Assembly (NCBI GenBank): GCA_963755915.1
Contig: CAVWLP010000002.1
Location: 4,736,001 to 4,800,000 of the forward strand
Direction: 5' to 3'
From: an uncultured Phycisphaerales bacterium
Lineage (GTDB): Bacteria > Planctomycetota > Phycisphaerae > Tepidisphaerales > Tepidisphaeraceae
DNA: 64,000 nucleotides
Notes under the pieces: generated by a model
Seen by the model: the letters and a program-made list of their open reading frames with translations, nothing else
Told to the model about the DNA's origin: nothing
Database searches by the model: none
Program-made: the position numbers and the translations under genes
In this document: positions 1 to 10,197 of the stretch, one piece after another
How positions within the stretch are numbered: position 1 is the first letter of the stretch
Layout of the letters: every line of letters starts with the position of its first letter

Positions 1-280
1 CTGCCAAGAGACGTCGTCGCGGCCCTCATTTATTTTTTCGCAGTCATCTGCCTACTCCAAAGCGGTCTAATCGGCTGGCGCCTCAGTGGGCTGCTCGACG
101 CCTATCACCTCCGCAACTTCGCGCTGGTGGGGATCTTCTGGGCAGCAGTAAGGTGTCACGGAGTCAGCAAAAACAATTCCTCTCCCAATACACCCTAGTG
201 GCGTCATCCCTGTTTCTTGATATGCTTCATCTTCTCGTTTCCATAAACCATTGGCCCCGGGGCGGACTGGAGGAACTTTC

Positions 281-841
281 ATGCGGCGATTCACTACCAT
301 TCTCTGTGTCGGACTATTTTCGGTTTGCCTCGCAAACATCGCCCGCGCCGACGATCAGATCGACAACCCCGCCTACAAATCCTGGGCTAAGTTCAACAAG
401 GGAACCTCCGTCACGTATTCCACCCAGGCCACCACCATGGGCAACACGTCCAACATCACCACCACCGAAACGCTGATGGACGTGACGCCCGATGCCGTCA
501 CCGTGCAGATGTCCCTCTCGATGGTCGTGGCCGGCAACACGATGAACATGCCCGGCCAGACTCAGACCATCCCCGCGAAAATCACCAGGTCCACCGGCGC
601 CGCGACCACGCAGCCCGTCGACGCCTCGGCCACTACTGCCACTGAGGACGTGCAGGCCGCCGGAAAAACCTTTTCCTGCAAGAAAGTCACGGCAACGATG
701 AATCAGAATGGCATGACCGCGACCTCGACATCGTGGATGTGCGACGACGTCCCCGGCGGCATGGTTAAGATGGAATCGAATTCAACCGGATCAATGACGG
801 CCACCACCAGCATGATGCTCACGGCGATCGACGTGAAATAA
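281..841 (+). CDS. Exported hypothetical protein, Thr/Met-rich
   Basis: GGAGG RBS before ATG 281; signal peptide ending ARA-DD; ATTQP linker. Confidence 0.75.
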   Translation: MRRFTTILCVGLFSVCLANIARADDQIDNPAYKSWAKFNKGTSVTYSTQATTMGNTSNITTTETLMDVTPDAVTVQMSLSMVVAGNTMNMPGQTQTIPAKITRSTGAATTQPVDASATTATEDVQAAGKTFSCKKVTATMNQNGMTATSTSWMCDDVPGGMVKMESNSTGSMTATTSMMLTAIDVK

Positions 842-1040
842 CGCCGATGCGCACGGGCATCGCGAATGCGCCCTAAATCGCAGCGATAAAGCTCAAGGGT
901 CGATCGCACCCTCATTGGCGACCCCCCGGTCGGCCAAAAGCTACGTCGAGATAACCTCCCCCACGCTATCAGACCCGAAATTTCCTGCCTCACAGCCCCA
1001 CAAAATAATACCGCGATCCATTTCTGCCGAAGCTTCACAT

Positions 1041-1655
1041 ATGGCGACGGGGAAATCGCTGAAGACCATAGTGGTTCCCTGCCTGGCGTGCGTCTGGGCA
1101 ATCGGAGTCATTCTCGGCATGTTCGGGATGGTCCGATATCAAATGACCCCCGCCGCCGACGCCAGTGACACCACCGCCCACTGGCCCAGAGCCGTCAGTA
1201 TCAAGCACGCCCCGGCCTTCCCACGCTTGTCATGATGCTGCACCCCAAGTGTCCCTGCTCGCGCGCAGCGTGAATGAGCTCAGCGAGCTGATGGCAAGAT
1301 CCTCCGGCCGGCTCGACGCCCACGTCCTGTTCGTCCAGCCGCCAGGCGCCCCGCGGGCTGGCTCGATGGCGATCTCTGGCGTCAAGCCAACGCCGTCCCC
1401 GGCCTGCACGTTTCTGTCGACCAGGATGGCCGCGACGCCGCCGCCTTCGGGGCAACAACCTCCGGCCAGGTCATGGTCTACAACTCCGCCGGCAATCTGG
1501 AATTCTCCGGCGGCATCACCGACGGGCGCGGACATGAAGGAGACAACGCCGGCCTGCTTTCGCTTTTGTCCCTCGTGCGTGAGGGGAGGACGACTTTATC
1601 CCAGACGCCGGTATACGGCTGTTCGCTGGGAGTTTGCCGAAACGCCGAAAAGTAA
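1041..1655 (+). CDS. RedB-like thioredoxin-fold membrane-anchored protein (frameshifted)
   Basis: Stitched across frames: N-terminal TM helix, LVMMLHPKCPCSRAS, FGATTSG, FSGGIT.GRGHEGDNAG, PVYGCSL; lies directly before a kinase. Confidence 0.65.
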
Positions 1656-1666
1656 GGGAGAGCAAC

Positions 1667-3250
1667 GTGAATCAGGACCTGACGATCACGCCGGAAATCC
1701 GGCGTCTAATCGACGACCGCGCTGTTGAGCTGCGCACCCAGTACCAGCAGGCGCAGTGGAAGCAGATCGACCGCATGTTCGCGGTGCTGCTGGTCCTCCA
1801 GTGGTTCGCCTGCGTCGCCGTGGCGCTGTGGATTTCGCCCCGCGCCTGGGAGGGCCTCGAAAGCCACATCCACCCCCACGTCTGGGCGGCCGTCTTCCTC
1901 GGCGGAATCATCGCGGCGCTTCCGATCGGCCTGGTGATTTTCTGCCCCGGCCATGCGATCACGCGCTACACCATCGGCACCGCCCAGATGATGCACTCTG
2001 CCCTGCTCATCCACCTTTCCGGCGGTCGCATCGAAACACATTTTCACGTCTTCGGCTCACTCGCCTTCCTAAGCTTTTACCGTGATTGGCGCGTGCTGGT
2101 TCCCGCTACCGTCGTCGTCGCGCTCGATCACGCCCTGCGCGGGATCTTCTGGCCTGAATCGGTCTTCGGAATCGCCGCTGCCAGTCCCTGGCGCTGGATG
2201 GAACACGCCGGCTGGGTTGTCTTTGAAGACATCATCCTTGTGTGGGCGTGCATCCGTGGCGCCAGTGAGCTGGCCACGCTCGCCGCCCAGCAGGCCGAGC
2301 TGGAAGCGTCCAACCGGATGATTGAAGCGGAAGTCGCCCGGCAGACCTCTCGACTGGAATCGGTGAGCCAGGAGCTCATCGGCACGGCCCGCCGGGCCGG
2401 CATGGCGGAAATCGCCACCGGCGTCCTCCACAACGTCGGCAACGTCCTCAACAGCGTCAACGTCTCCGCCAACGTCGCCCTGAAGAAGCTCAAGGAATCG
2501 GAAGTCTCCAGCCTCGTCAAAGTGCGCGAGCTGCTGCAGAGCAACCAGGAAAATCTAACCAGCTTCCTCACCGCCGATGAGCGCGGCAAGCAGTTGCCGG
2601 GCTTCCTGATCGATCTTTCAGAATGCCTCGACCAGGAAAACCAGGGTCTGCTCACTGAGCTTCAGTCCATGGCCGCGGGGCTCGACCACATCAAGCAGAT
2701 CGTCGGCGCCCAGCAGCAGCACGCCAAGAGCGGCGTGGTGCGCGAAAAAGTCGTCCCCAGCGAACTTTTCGACCAGGCCATTTCCATGGATTTGGGCATA
2801 GCCGGCGATCAGAACTTCACCATCGTCCGCGATTTTGCCCAGATCGGCCCCGTCGTCCTCGACAAGCACAAGCTCCTTCAGATTCTGATCAACCTCCTCA
2901 GCAACGCGAAACGAGCGGTGGCAGGCTCCGCACGTGCCGATAAACAAATCTCCGTCAGCACGCGCAAATTCGAAAATAGCGGCGCCACTACCCTGCGGTT
3001 CGAGGTGGCCGACAACGGCATAGGTATCTCCCCGGAGAACCTCACCAGGATATTCACACACGGCTTCACAACCCGGCAAGAGGGACACGGCTTTGGCCTG
3101 CACAGCGCCGCCAACGCCGCAACGGAGCTGGGCGGAAACCTTTCCGTCGCCAGCGACGGCCCCGATCGCGGTGCCAAATTCACTCTTGAAATTCCCGTCT
3201 CGGGCCTCTCATCGGTCGAACAAATTTTACTTGAGAAAAAGAGGGCGTAA
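1667..3250 (+). CDS. Membrane sensor histidine kinase (RedC-like sensor domain)
   Basis: Multi-TM N-terminus (GGRIETHFHVFGSLAFL), H-box VLHNVGNVLN, N box NLLSNA, G1 DNGIGI, G2 GHGFGL. Confidence 0.9.
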   Translation: MNQDLTITPEIRRLIDDRAVELRTQYQQAQWKQIDRMFAVLLVLQWFACVAVALWISPRAWEGLESHIHPHVWAAVFLGGIIAALPIGLVIFCPGHAITRYTIGTAQMMHSALLIHLSGGRIETHFHVFGSLAFLSFYRDWRVLVPATVVVALDHALRGIFWPESVFGIAAASPWRWMEHAGWVVFEDIILVWACIRGASELATLAAQQAELEASNRMIEAEVARQTSRLESVSQELIGTARRAGMAEIATGVLHNVGNVLNSVNVSANVALKKLKESEVSSLVKVRELLQSNQENLTSFLTADERGKQLPGFLIDLSECLDQENQGLLTELQSMAAGLDHIKQIVGAQQQHAKSGVVREKVVPSELFDQAISMDLGIAGDQNFTIVRDFAQIGPVVLDKHKLLQILINLLSNAKRAVAGSARADKQISVSTRKFENSGATTLRFEVADNGIGISPENLTRIFTHGFTTRQEGHGFGLHSAANAATELGGNLSVASDGPDRGAKFTLEIPVSGLSSVEQILLEKKRA

Positions 3251-3252
3251 CC

Positions 3253-5173
3253 ATGGGCACAGAAACACTCTCGGCGCGTCGCATTCTCGTCATCGACGAC
3301 AACGACGCGATTCACAACGATTTCAAGAAGACGCTCGTCACCACGGTCGCGCCGGCGCGAGCAAATTGTCCAGCGCCAAGGCCGCGCTCTTCGGCGAAGT
3401 CACAACGCCCCTCTCCGAATCGTCCGCCATGCCCAAATTCGAGGTGGACACCGCGCTTCAGGGCCAGGAAGGCCTCAGCAAGCTCGAAGAATCCGTGCGC
3501 AGCGGCAAGCCGTTCCAGGTCGCCTTCGTTGACATGCGAATGCCGCCCGGATGGGACGGCGTGCAGACCATCCAGCGCCTCTGGCAGGCCGACCCACACG
3601 TCCAGGTCGTCATCTGCACGGCCTACTCCGACTATTCGTGGGAAGAAATCTCCAAAAAGCTCGGACTCACCGATCGTCTGCTGATTCTGAAGAAGCCGTT
3701 CGATCCGCTGGAGATCATCCAGATCGCGACGTCGCTGAGCGAAAAGTGGTCGCTGCACAGCAAGGCGCAGCTTCGGATGGACGAGCTGGAGAGCATGGTG
3801 CAGGCGCGGACCAAGGAACTCGTCCACGCCGCCCTGCACGACAAGCTCACGGGGCTGCCCAACCGGGCGCTTCTGAAAGACCGCATTACCCATGCGATCG
3901 AGCGCGCAAACGCAACCCGGACTACCATTTCGCCCTCTTCTTCCTCGACTTCGACCGCTTCAAGCTGATCAACGACAGCCTCGGTCACGATGTGGGCGAC
4001 GAACTCCTCGTCGAGATTTCCCGCCGGCTGCACAGCGCGCTGCGCGCGACCGATGCGGTCTGCAAGCCCGATGAAATGTCCACCGCTGCCCGCCTGGGCG
4101 GCGATGAATTCGTCATCCTCGCGGATGAGCTGAAATCCGATGCCGACGCCGGCAGAATCGCCGATCGGCTCCTGCAAAGCCTCGGTGAAACGTATCAGGT
4201 CAAGGGGCACAAAGTTTCCAGTACCGCCAGCATCGGCATCACCACCAGCGCCACGCCCTACACCAACGCCGACGACATGATTCGCGACGCCGACACCGCG
4301 ATGTACCACGCCAAGGCCGCGGGCAAGGCGCGTTACGTCATGTTTGACCGGCAGATGCACGAGCGGGTGACGGCCCGCCTCCAGATGGAAAACGACCTGC
4401 GCCACGCCCTGGACCGCAAAGAGCTTTTCCTTCAGTATCAGCCGGTGTTTTCGATGTCCGACAAGTCCATCGTCGGATTTGAAGCACTGGTGCGGTGGAA
4501 CCACCCAACGCGCGGCATCATTCGCCCCAGCGAATTCATCCCCACCGCGGAAGAAACAGGCTTGATCATCCCCATCGGCTACTGGATCATCTCCGAGGCC
4601 TGCCGGCAGCTCAAAATCCTCCAGCAGGCCAGTCCCTCGCAGGCAAAACTCGTCATGAGCGTCAACGTCTCCGCGCGCAGCTCTGTTACCCCGAGCTGGT
4701 TTCGCGGGTGCGCGAGATCCTGACCCAGACCGGCGTCGATCCGCAAACCGTGACTTTCGAGATCACCGAAACCGTCATGATCCGCAACGCCGACGCCAGC
4801 ATTCCGGTCCTCGAGCAGCTCAGGGAAATGGGAATCCGCCTGCACATGGACGACTTCGGCACCGGCTATTCGTCGCTGAGCTGCCTGCACCGCTTTCCGC
4901 TGACGGGCCTGAAGATCGACCAGAGCTTCATTCAGAACGCCGGCAGCACCCGCCACCAGGCGATCGTCCGCGCGATCGTCACGCTGGCGATTAGCCTGGG
5001 GATTTCCCTGGTGGCGGAGGGAATCGAAACCGCCGAGCAGTTGGCACTGCTACAGCAACTGGAATGCAGCCAGGGGCAGGGATTCTATTTCAGCCCGCCG
5101 CTGGGTGCGACGGATGCGGTGGCGTTTCTCAAGACCGGCAAAGCGCCGGCGACCACACTGCGCGGCAGGGTGA
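3253..5173 (+). CDS. Response regulator REC-GGDEF-EAL protein (frameshifted; end approximate)
   Basis: ILVIDD, FVDMRMPPGWDG, HDKLTGLPNR, RLGGDEF, GFEALVRW, MDDFGTGYSSL, VAEGIET in successive frames. Confidence 0.85.
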
Positions 5174-5191
5174 GCGGGCCGGACACGCGTT

Positions 5192-8100
5192 TCACACCGC
5201 CGTCCGCCCCTCATATTGTCCATACTCCAGCCACTGCTGAAGTCCGTCGGGAAATTCCCCATTGCTTACGGCTGCCGCCACGTCCGAGTTGTCGGCTAGG
5301 TAGATCTGCTCGTTGTAATAATCAGACGCGACGCGGTCCTCATACTGCCCATATTCGATAAATTGCTGATAGGCGGAAGTGAACGGCTCGCCCGTGATGT
5401 AAGGCATGATGTCCTGGTTGTCGGCCTCGTAGACGGAGAAGGAGAAATACTCCATGGGGTTGCGGCCCTCGTACTGGCCGAAATCGCAGAAGTGTTCGAA
5501 CGCCGAGGCGACCGTTCCCGCCGTTATGGCTGCCGCCACGTCGGGGTTATTTTGCAAGTAGTAGGTGGTGTCGAAATAGAGCAGCCCGCCGCGGTTTTCG
5601 TATTGGCCGTAGTCGTAATACTGCATGAAGCCGGAGCTGACCTGCCCGTCATTGACGGCCGCGGCCACGTCGGGGTTTTCGGCCAGGTACCAGCTTTCGT
5701 CCCAGTAGGGATTGGGGCTGTACCCTTCGTATTGGCCATACTGGAGATAATGGGCATAGCCGCTGGAAAATTGCCCATCGGCAACGGCGGCGGCTACGTT
5801 GGGATATTGCTGCAGGTAGTAGCTCTCGTCGAAGAGCGAATTCTGACTGACAATGGTTTGCGTGCTCAGCAAAACTTTCGAGCCGTTGGTGAGGATTTCA
5901 TAAATCGATGCCGTGTGGCTACCGGTCGTGAGCATCGGCGTTGAATAGTCGAAGCCGTGGTTGCTTGAACCGATATACGGCTCCAGGTCGGTGCGGGTGT
6001 TGTCCGCGAGGAAAGTCTGCGTGGGCCCGTCGCTGAAGACGACTTCGACATCGATGGCGGCACTGGGATCGCTCGGGTCATACGCCCAGCCGCTGATCTG
6101 CCCCCAGTTGGCAACATCGACGCTTCCGGGTGCGCTGATGGTGAACGAATCAGAAGTGGCGCTGCTTGCCGTGGGACTCGTAGCGGAAAGCTGGTACTGC
6201 CTGGCGATCTTGAGCGCCACCCCGCTGAAGGTGGCAACGCCGTTGACGGCCGTGGCCGTGAGCGTGCCGCTGAGATTTCCCGGCCCGCTGGCGACCGAGA
6301 GGGTGACCGTCGAATCGTCATTGGCAACCAGCGCCCCGGCGTTCTCGAATTCGACGCTAACCGCCGGCGAAAGTGCGAAACCTGCCAGAGTCCCGACCGG
6401 TTGCTGCGCAAAGACAAGCTGCGGCGCCGTGACGGCAATCGCCGTCGAAACGGCGGAAGTATATGGGCTATCCGATGCCTGAATGATGCAGCTTCCCGCC
6501 GCCGACAGCGCCAGCGATGAAAACGTGGCGATGCCATTGTCCGCCTGGGCGGTGAGCGTTCCGGACAGATTCCCCGGCCCGGATGACAGCGAAAGCGTGA
6601 CCGTCGAATTCGAATCGACAATGTTTCCGTCCGGATCCTCGATTTCCACTTCGATCGGTGTTGAGAAGTTGGCCCCCGAAAGCGCACTGGCCGGCTGCTG
6701 AATGAACACAAGGTGCGGCTCGGTGATGGTGAAACTCGTCGAATCCGCTCCGGTGAGCAAAGACCCCGAAGCCGCCAGCGAGAAGGTGCCGGCCGAGCCG
6801 ACCGAGAGATTGCTGAACGTGGCGACGCCATCGCTCGCCTGCACTGTCGTCGTGCCCGCAAGCGATCCACTTCCCGATGCCAGGGAGAGGGTAATCGTGG
6901 CATTGGAATCGATCACCGACCCCCCCGCCGTTTCGATCGCCACTTCCACTGACGGTGAAATCGCCGCCCCCGCGAGCGCGGAACTCGGCTGCTGGACGAA
7001 TACAAGTTGTCCCTGCGACACCGTGAAATGGGAGCTCGTCGCGGTGCTGAGAGACCCATCCGCCGCCGAGAGGGCATACGTTCCGGCTTCGTTCACGGAA
7101 ACATTGCTGAACGTCGCCACGCCATCCACCGCCTGCACGATGATGGTCCCGGTGAGATTTCCCGGCCCGCTGGCCACGGAAAGGGTGATGTCGGTGTTGT
7201 CGGAGGTGACGATGTCTCCCGCGGCATCTTCGATGTCGACGGTGATCGCGGGGGAAATGGTCTGCCCCGCGGTGATGTTGGTGGGCTGCTGGGAAAACAC
7301 GAGCTGCGTTGGCGGGCCGACGGTAATCCCGCCACCCACCAGGCCGGCAATGATTTTCTCGCCGATAGGGCTGCCCAATCCGACCAGCCCCCCGCCGGTG
7401 ATCGAATTGAAATCGGAGGATGGCAGGGCATAGAGATCCGGAATCGTCTGCGAAGGCCCGTTGAGCGAATCCATGCTGCGCAGCGCCAGGCCCTGGTCGG
7501 CGATGGCGATGATGGCCGCCCACTGCGGCGAGCCGGCGCTGGTCCCCCCCACCACCTGCCAGCCATCGTTTCCCTCGTACGGAATCGAATCGTAAACGAG
7601 CACGCCGGTATCCGGATTGCCGTCGTAAGCCACGTCCGGCTTATTCGTATGCTCGTACGGGCTCACCCCCCCACCGCCTTCGGACCAGTAGGTCTCGTTC
7701 AACCAATCGCCCGAATCGTTCACGCTCAGCGTCGTCCCGCCGACGGCGAGGACGTTCGGCGATGTCGAAGGATAATTCGGCAGCGCATCATCCCCTGCCG
7801 CGGCAACATAAGTCACGCCTACGTGCCCCGAGGGCGTCGTGAAATCCGAATCATAAGCCGTCTCCCCGGCGAACTCCGGCGAATCGCCCCAGCTCATGGA
7901 AACCGCAACCACCCCCGGCTGATCCGACGCCCACGTCACCGCGTTCATCAGATCGTTAAAGCTTGAAGACGGCGCCTCCACCAGCAAGATGCTCGCCCCC
8001 GGCGCAATCGCATGCGCCCACTCCACGTCCAGCGACTGCTCCGTCGCCCAGCCGGCGTTCGTCGCCCCCGCACCTTCGGGCGTCGCGACCGTCAAGGCAA

Positions 8101-8431
8101 GCTGACCCGAGGAATTGTCGTTGCTGATGCCGAAATTCGCGTCAAAGGTCTCAAGATCGCTGGTGATGTTCGGATCGGAATATGCATCCACAATCGCGAT
8201 CGTCTCCCCCGCGCCGTTGGCGGCAACGGATTGCCCGCTGACCGAAAACGTAATATCGTTCAGGTCGTACGCCTGCTCGACCATCGCCGGCGAGAGACTC
8301 TGCGGCGTGCCGGTCACACTTGCGGCGGGCTGGACATCTAGGGAGAGGTTTACCGATGACGATGCCGAAAGCAGCACCCGCTGCTCAAGCATTTCAAGGC
8401 AGACAGGTTTGCGGCGATTGACGGCTGGCAT
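5192..8431 (-). CDS. Secreted S53 (sedolisin-type) peptidase with Ig-like repeats and C-terminal YYL..NPDVAAAV repeats
   Basis: LEMLEQRVLLSA export motif; EQSLD, AAGD, GGTSAGSP catalytic motifs; four LVF.QQP...ATFS Ig-like repeats; about six C-terminal repeats. Confidence 0.85.
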   Translation of the reverse strand: MPAVNRRKPVCLEMLEQRVLLSASSSVNLSLDVQPAASVTGTPQSLSPAMVEQAYDLNDITFSVSGQSVAANGAGETIAIVDAYSDPNITSDLETFDANFGISNDNSSGQLALTVATPEGAGATNAGWATEQSLDVEWAHAIAPGASILLVEAPSSSFNDLMNAVTWASDQPGVVAVSMSWGDSPEFAGETAYDSDFTTPSGHVGVTYVAAAGDDALPNYPSTSPNVLAVGGTTLSVNDSGDWLNETYWSEGGGGVSPYEHTNKPDVAYDGNPDTGVLVYDSIPYEGNDGWQVVGGTSAGSPQWAAIIAIADQGLALRSMDSLNGPSQTIPDLYALPSSDFNSITGGGLVGLGSPIGEKIIAGLVGGGITVGPPTQLVFSQQPTNITAGQTISPAITVDIEDAAGDIVTSDNTDITLSVASGPGNLTGTIIVQAVDGVATFSNVSVNEAGTYALSAADGSLSTATSSHFTVSQGQLVFVQQPSSALAGAAISPSVEVAIETAGGSVIDSNATITLSLASGSGSLAGTTTVQASDGVATFSNLSVGSAGTFSLAASGSLLTGADSTSFTITEPHLVFIQQPASALSGANFSTPIEVEIEDPDGNIVDSNSTVTLSLSSGPGNLSGTLTAQADNGIATFSSLALSAAGSCIIQASDSPYTSAVSTAIAVTAPQLVFAQQPVGTLAGFALSPAVSVEFENAGALVANDDSTVTLSVASGPGNLSGTLTATAVNGVATFSGVALKIARQYQLSATSPTASSATSDSFTISAPGSVDVANWGQISGWAYDPSDPSAAIDVEVVFSDGPTQTFLADNTRTDLEPYIGSSNHGFDYSTPMLTTGSHTASIYEILTNGSKVLLSTQTIVSQNSLFDESYYLQQYPNVAAAVADGQFSSGYAHYLQYGQYEGYSPNPYWDESWYLAENPDVAAAVNDGQVSSGFMQYYDYGQYENRGGLLYFDTTYYLQNNPDVAAAITAGTVASAFEHFCDFGQYEGRNPMEYFSFSVYEADNQDIMPYITGEPFTSAYQQFIEYGQYEDRVASDYYNEQIYLADNSDVAAAVSNGEFPDGLQQWLEYGQYEGRTAV

Positions 8432-8638
8432 TCGAGAAGGGCTCTGTGCCCGGCTTCGGATTCACCCATCTACTTGCATTGAAATTCCGCACTCGAGGAA
8501 TAGATGCGCGAGCGGCACAATAATCGCAAAATTCTTAAGACACGATGAAGAATTTTTAGAGGGATGCCTTTTTGCGCCATATGGTTATAGTCGATTTCCC
8601 GACAAACGGGAATACGGTCAAAAAAACACGATTGGGGT

Positions 8639-10138
8639 GTGATTGTGAAGATTCTACTCGTACATCCTAGCGCACTTTTATATTCCGAAGTTTACCTTCG
8701 TCTGGAGCCGCTTGGCTTGGAATGCGTCGGAGAAGCGCTGCTTCGCCGGGGGCATGAGGTGAAGCTTCTCGACCTGCAAATCTTTCGCCAGCATCACTAC
8801 CAAGCCCAACTAACCCAGTTTCACCCGGATGCCATTGGCTTCAGCGTCAACTATCTGGCCAATGTTCCGGAAGTGATTGATCTGGCGAAGCTGGCGCGGG
8901 AATTGCTTCCCAAGGCGTTCATCTTCTGCGGCGGGCACAGCATCAGCTTCATCGCCGAGGAGGTCTTGCGCCATGCCGACGGCGCTATCGATGCCATCAT
9001 TACCGGCGAAGGGGAGATCACCGCGCCGGCAATGCTGGAAAAAGCCCCGCGCGTCGATGGTATCGCCGGAGTGGTCACGGCCCGCGGCGCCGGACCCAAA
9101 CCCACGATTCAAGCGGACATTAACGACATCCGCCCGGCGCGAAAGCTGACCCGCAAGCGCGGCCGGTATTTCATCGGCGAGCTCGATCCTTGCGCGTCCA
9201 TCGAATTTTCGCGCGGGTGCCCGTGGGATTGCTCGTTTTGCAGCGCCTGGACGTTTTACGGCCGCAGCTACCGCAAGGCCGATCCGGCTCGCGCTGCCGA
9301 GGAAATGAGCTCCATCGCCGAGCGCAACGTCTTTGTGGTTGATGACGTGGCCTTCGTCAACGCCGACCATGGCATGGCCATCGCCGACGAGATTGAGCGG
9401 CGAAATATCCGCAAGCAATATTATCTGGAAACCCGCTGCGACGTGTTGATTCGCAACCAGGAGGTTTTCAAGCGCTGGGCGGGGCTTGGACTTCGCTATC
9501 TGTTCCTGGGCCTGGAATCCCTCGATGAGGAGCAACTGAAAAAGTTTCGGAAACGGGTCACGCCGAATCAGAATTTCGAGGCGCTGGCGGTTGCCCGGCG
9601 GCTGGGGATCGACGTGTCGATTAACCTGATTACCGACCCGTCCTGGACGCGCGAGCAATTCGAAACCGCCCGGCAGTGGGCCACCGAGGTTCCGGAGGTC
9701 GTGCACCTGACGGTCGCCACGCCCTACCCCGGCACTGAGCTTTTCCATACCGATTCCCGCCCGCTTACATCGCTGGATTACCGGCTCTACGACATTCAGC
9801 ACGCGGTGCAGGAGACGGCGCTACCGCTGCGGGAGTTTTACGAGGAGTTGGTGAAGACGCAGGAGATCATCAACCGGAAATTCATGGGGTGGAAGACCGC
9901 GGTCGCGGTGTCGCGCATTTTGGCGGGGCAACTTATCCGCGGGCAGACCAACTTCCTTCGGATGCTGTTCAAGTTTTCGAAAACGTACAACGCGCAGCGT
10001 TTTTATGACGATCATTCCAAGCCCACGAAATATGCGATGCGGCGGCCGGGCGAATACGTGAAGAAGATAAAGCCGCAGGATCTCCTGGTGCATGTGGGAG
10101 TGCGGCCGGCAGCGGTGGAATCGGGAGCGGCAAGCTGA
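8639..10138 (+). CDS. hpnR: Hopanoid C-3 methylase, B12-binding radical SAM
   Basis: VHPSALLYSEVYLRLEPLGLE N-terminus, NYLANVPEV, GGHS, RGCPWDCSFCSAWTFYGRSYR, YLETRCD. Confidence 0.85.
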   Translation: MIVKILLVHPSALLYSEVYLRLEPLGLECVGEALLRRGHEVKLLDLQIFRQHHYQAQLTQFHPDAIGFSVNYLANVPEVIDLAKLARELLPKAFIFCGGHSISFIAEEVLRHADGAIDAIITGEGEITAPAMLEKAPRVDGIAGVVTARGAGPKPTIQADINDIRPARKLTRKRGRYFIGELDPCASIEFSRGCPWDCSFCSAWTFYGRSYRKADPARAAEEMSSIAERNVFVVDDVAFVNADHGMAIADEIERRNIRKQYYLETRCDVLIRNQEVFKRWAGLGLRYLFLGLESLDEEQLKKFRKRVTPNQNFEALAVARRLGIDVSINLITDPSWTREQFETARQWATEVPEVVHLTVATPYPGTELFHTDSRPLTSLDYRLYDIQHAVQETALPLREFYEELVKTQEIINRKFMGWKTAVAVSRILAGQLIRGQTNFLRMLFKFSKTYNAQRFYDDHSKPTKYAMRRPGEYVKKIKPQDLLVHVGVRPAAVESGAAS

Positions 10139-10197
10139 CGCTGACTCTGACACGGGATTGCTTCGCCGACGAATTACTTTAGCCTAAGCCCCAAGCC

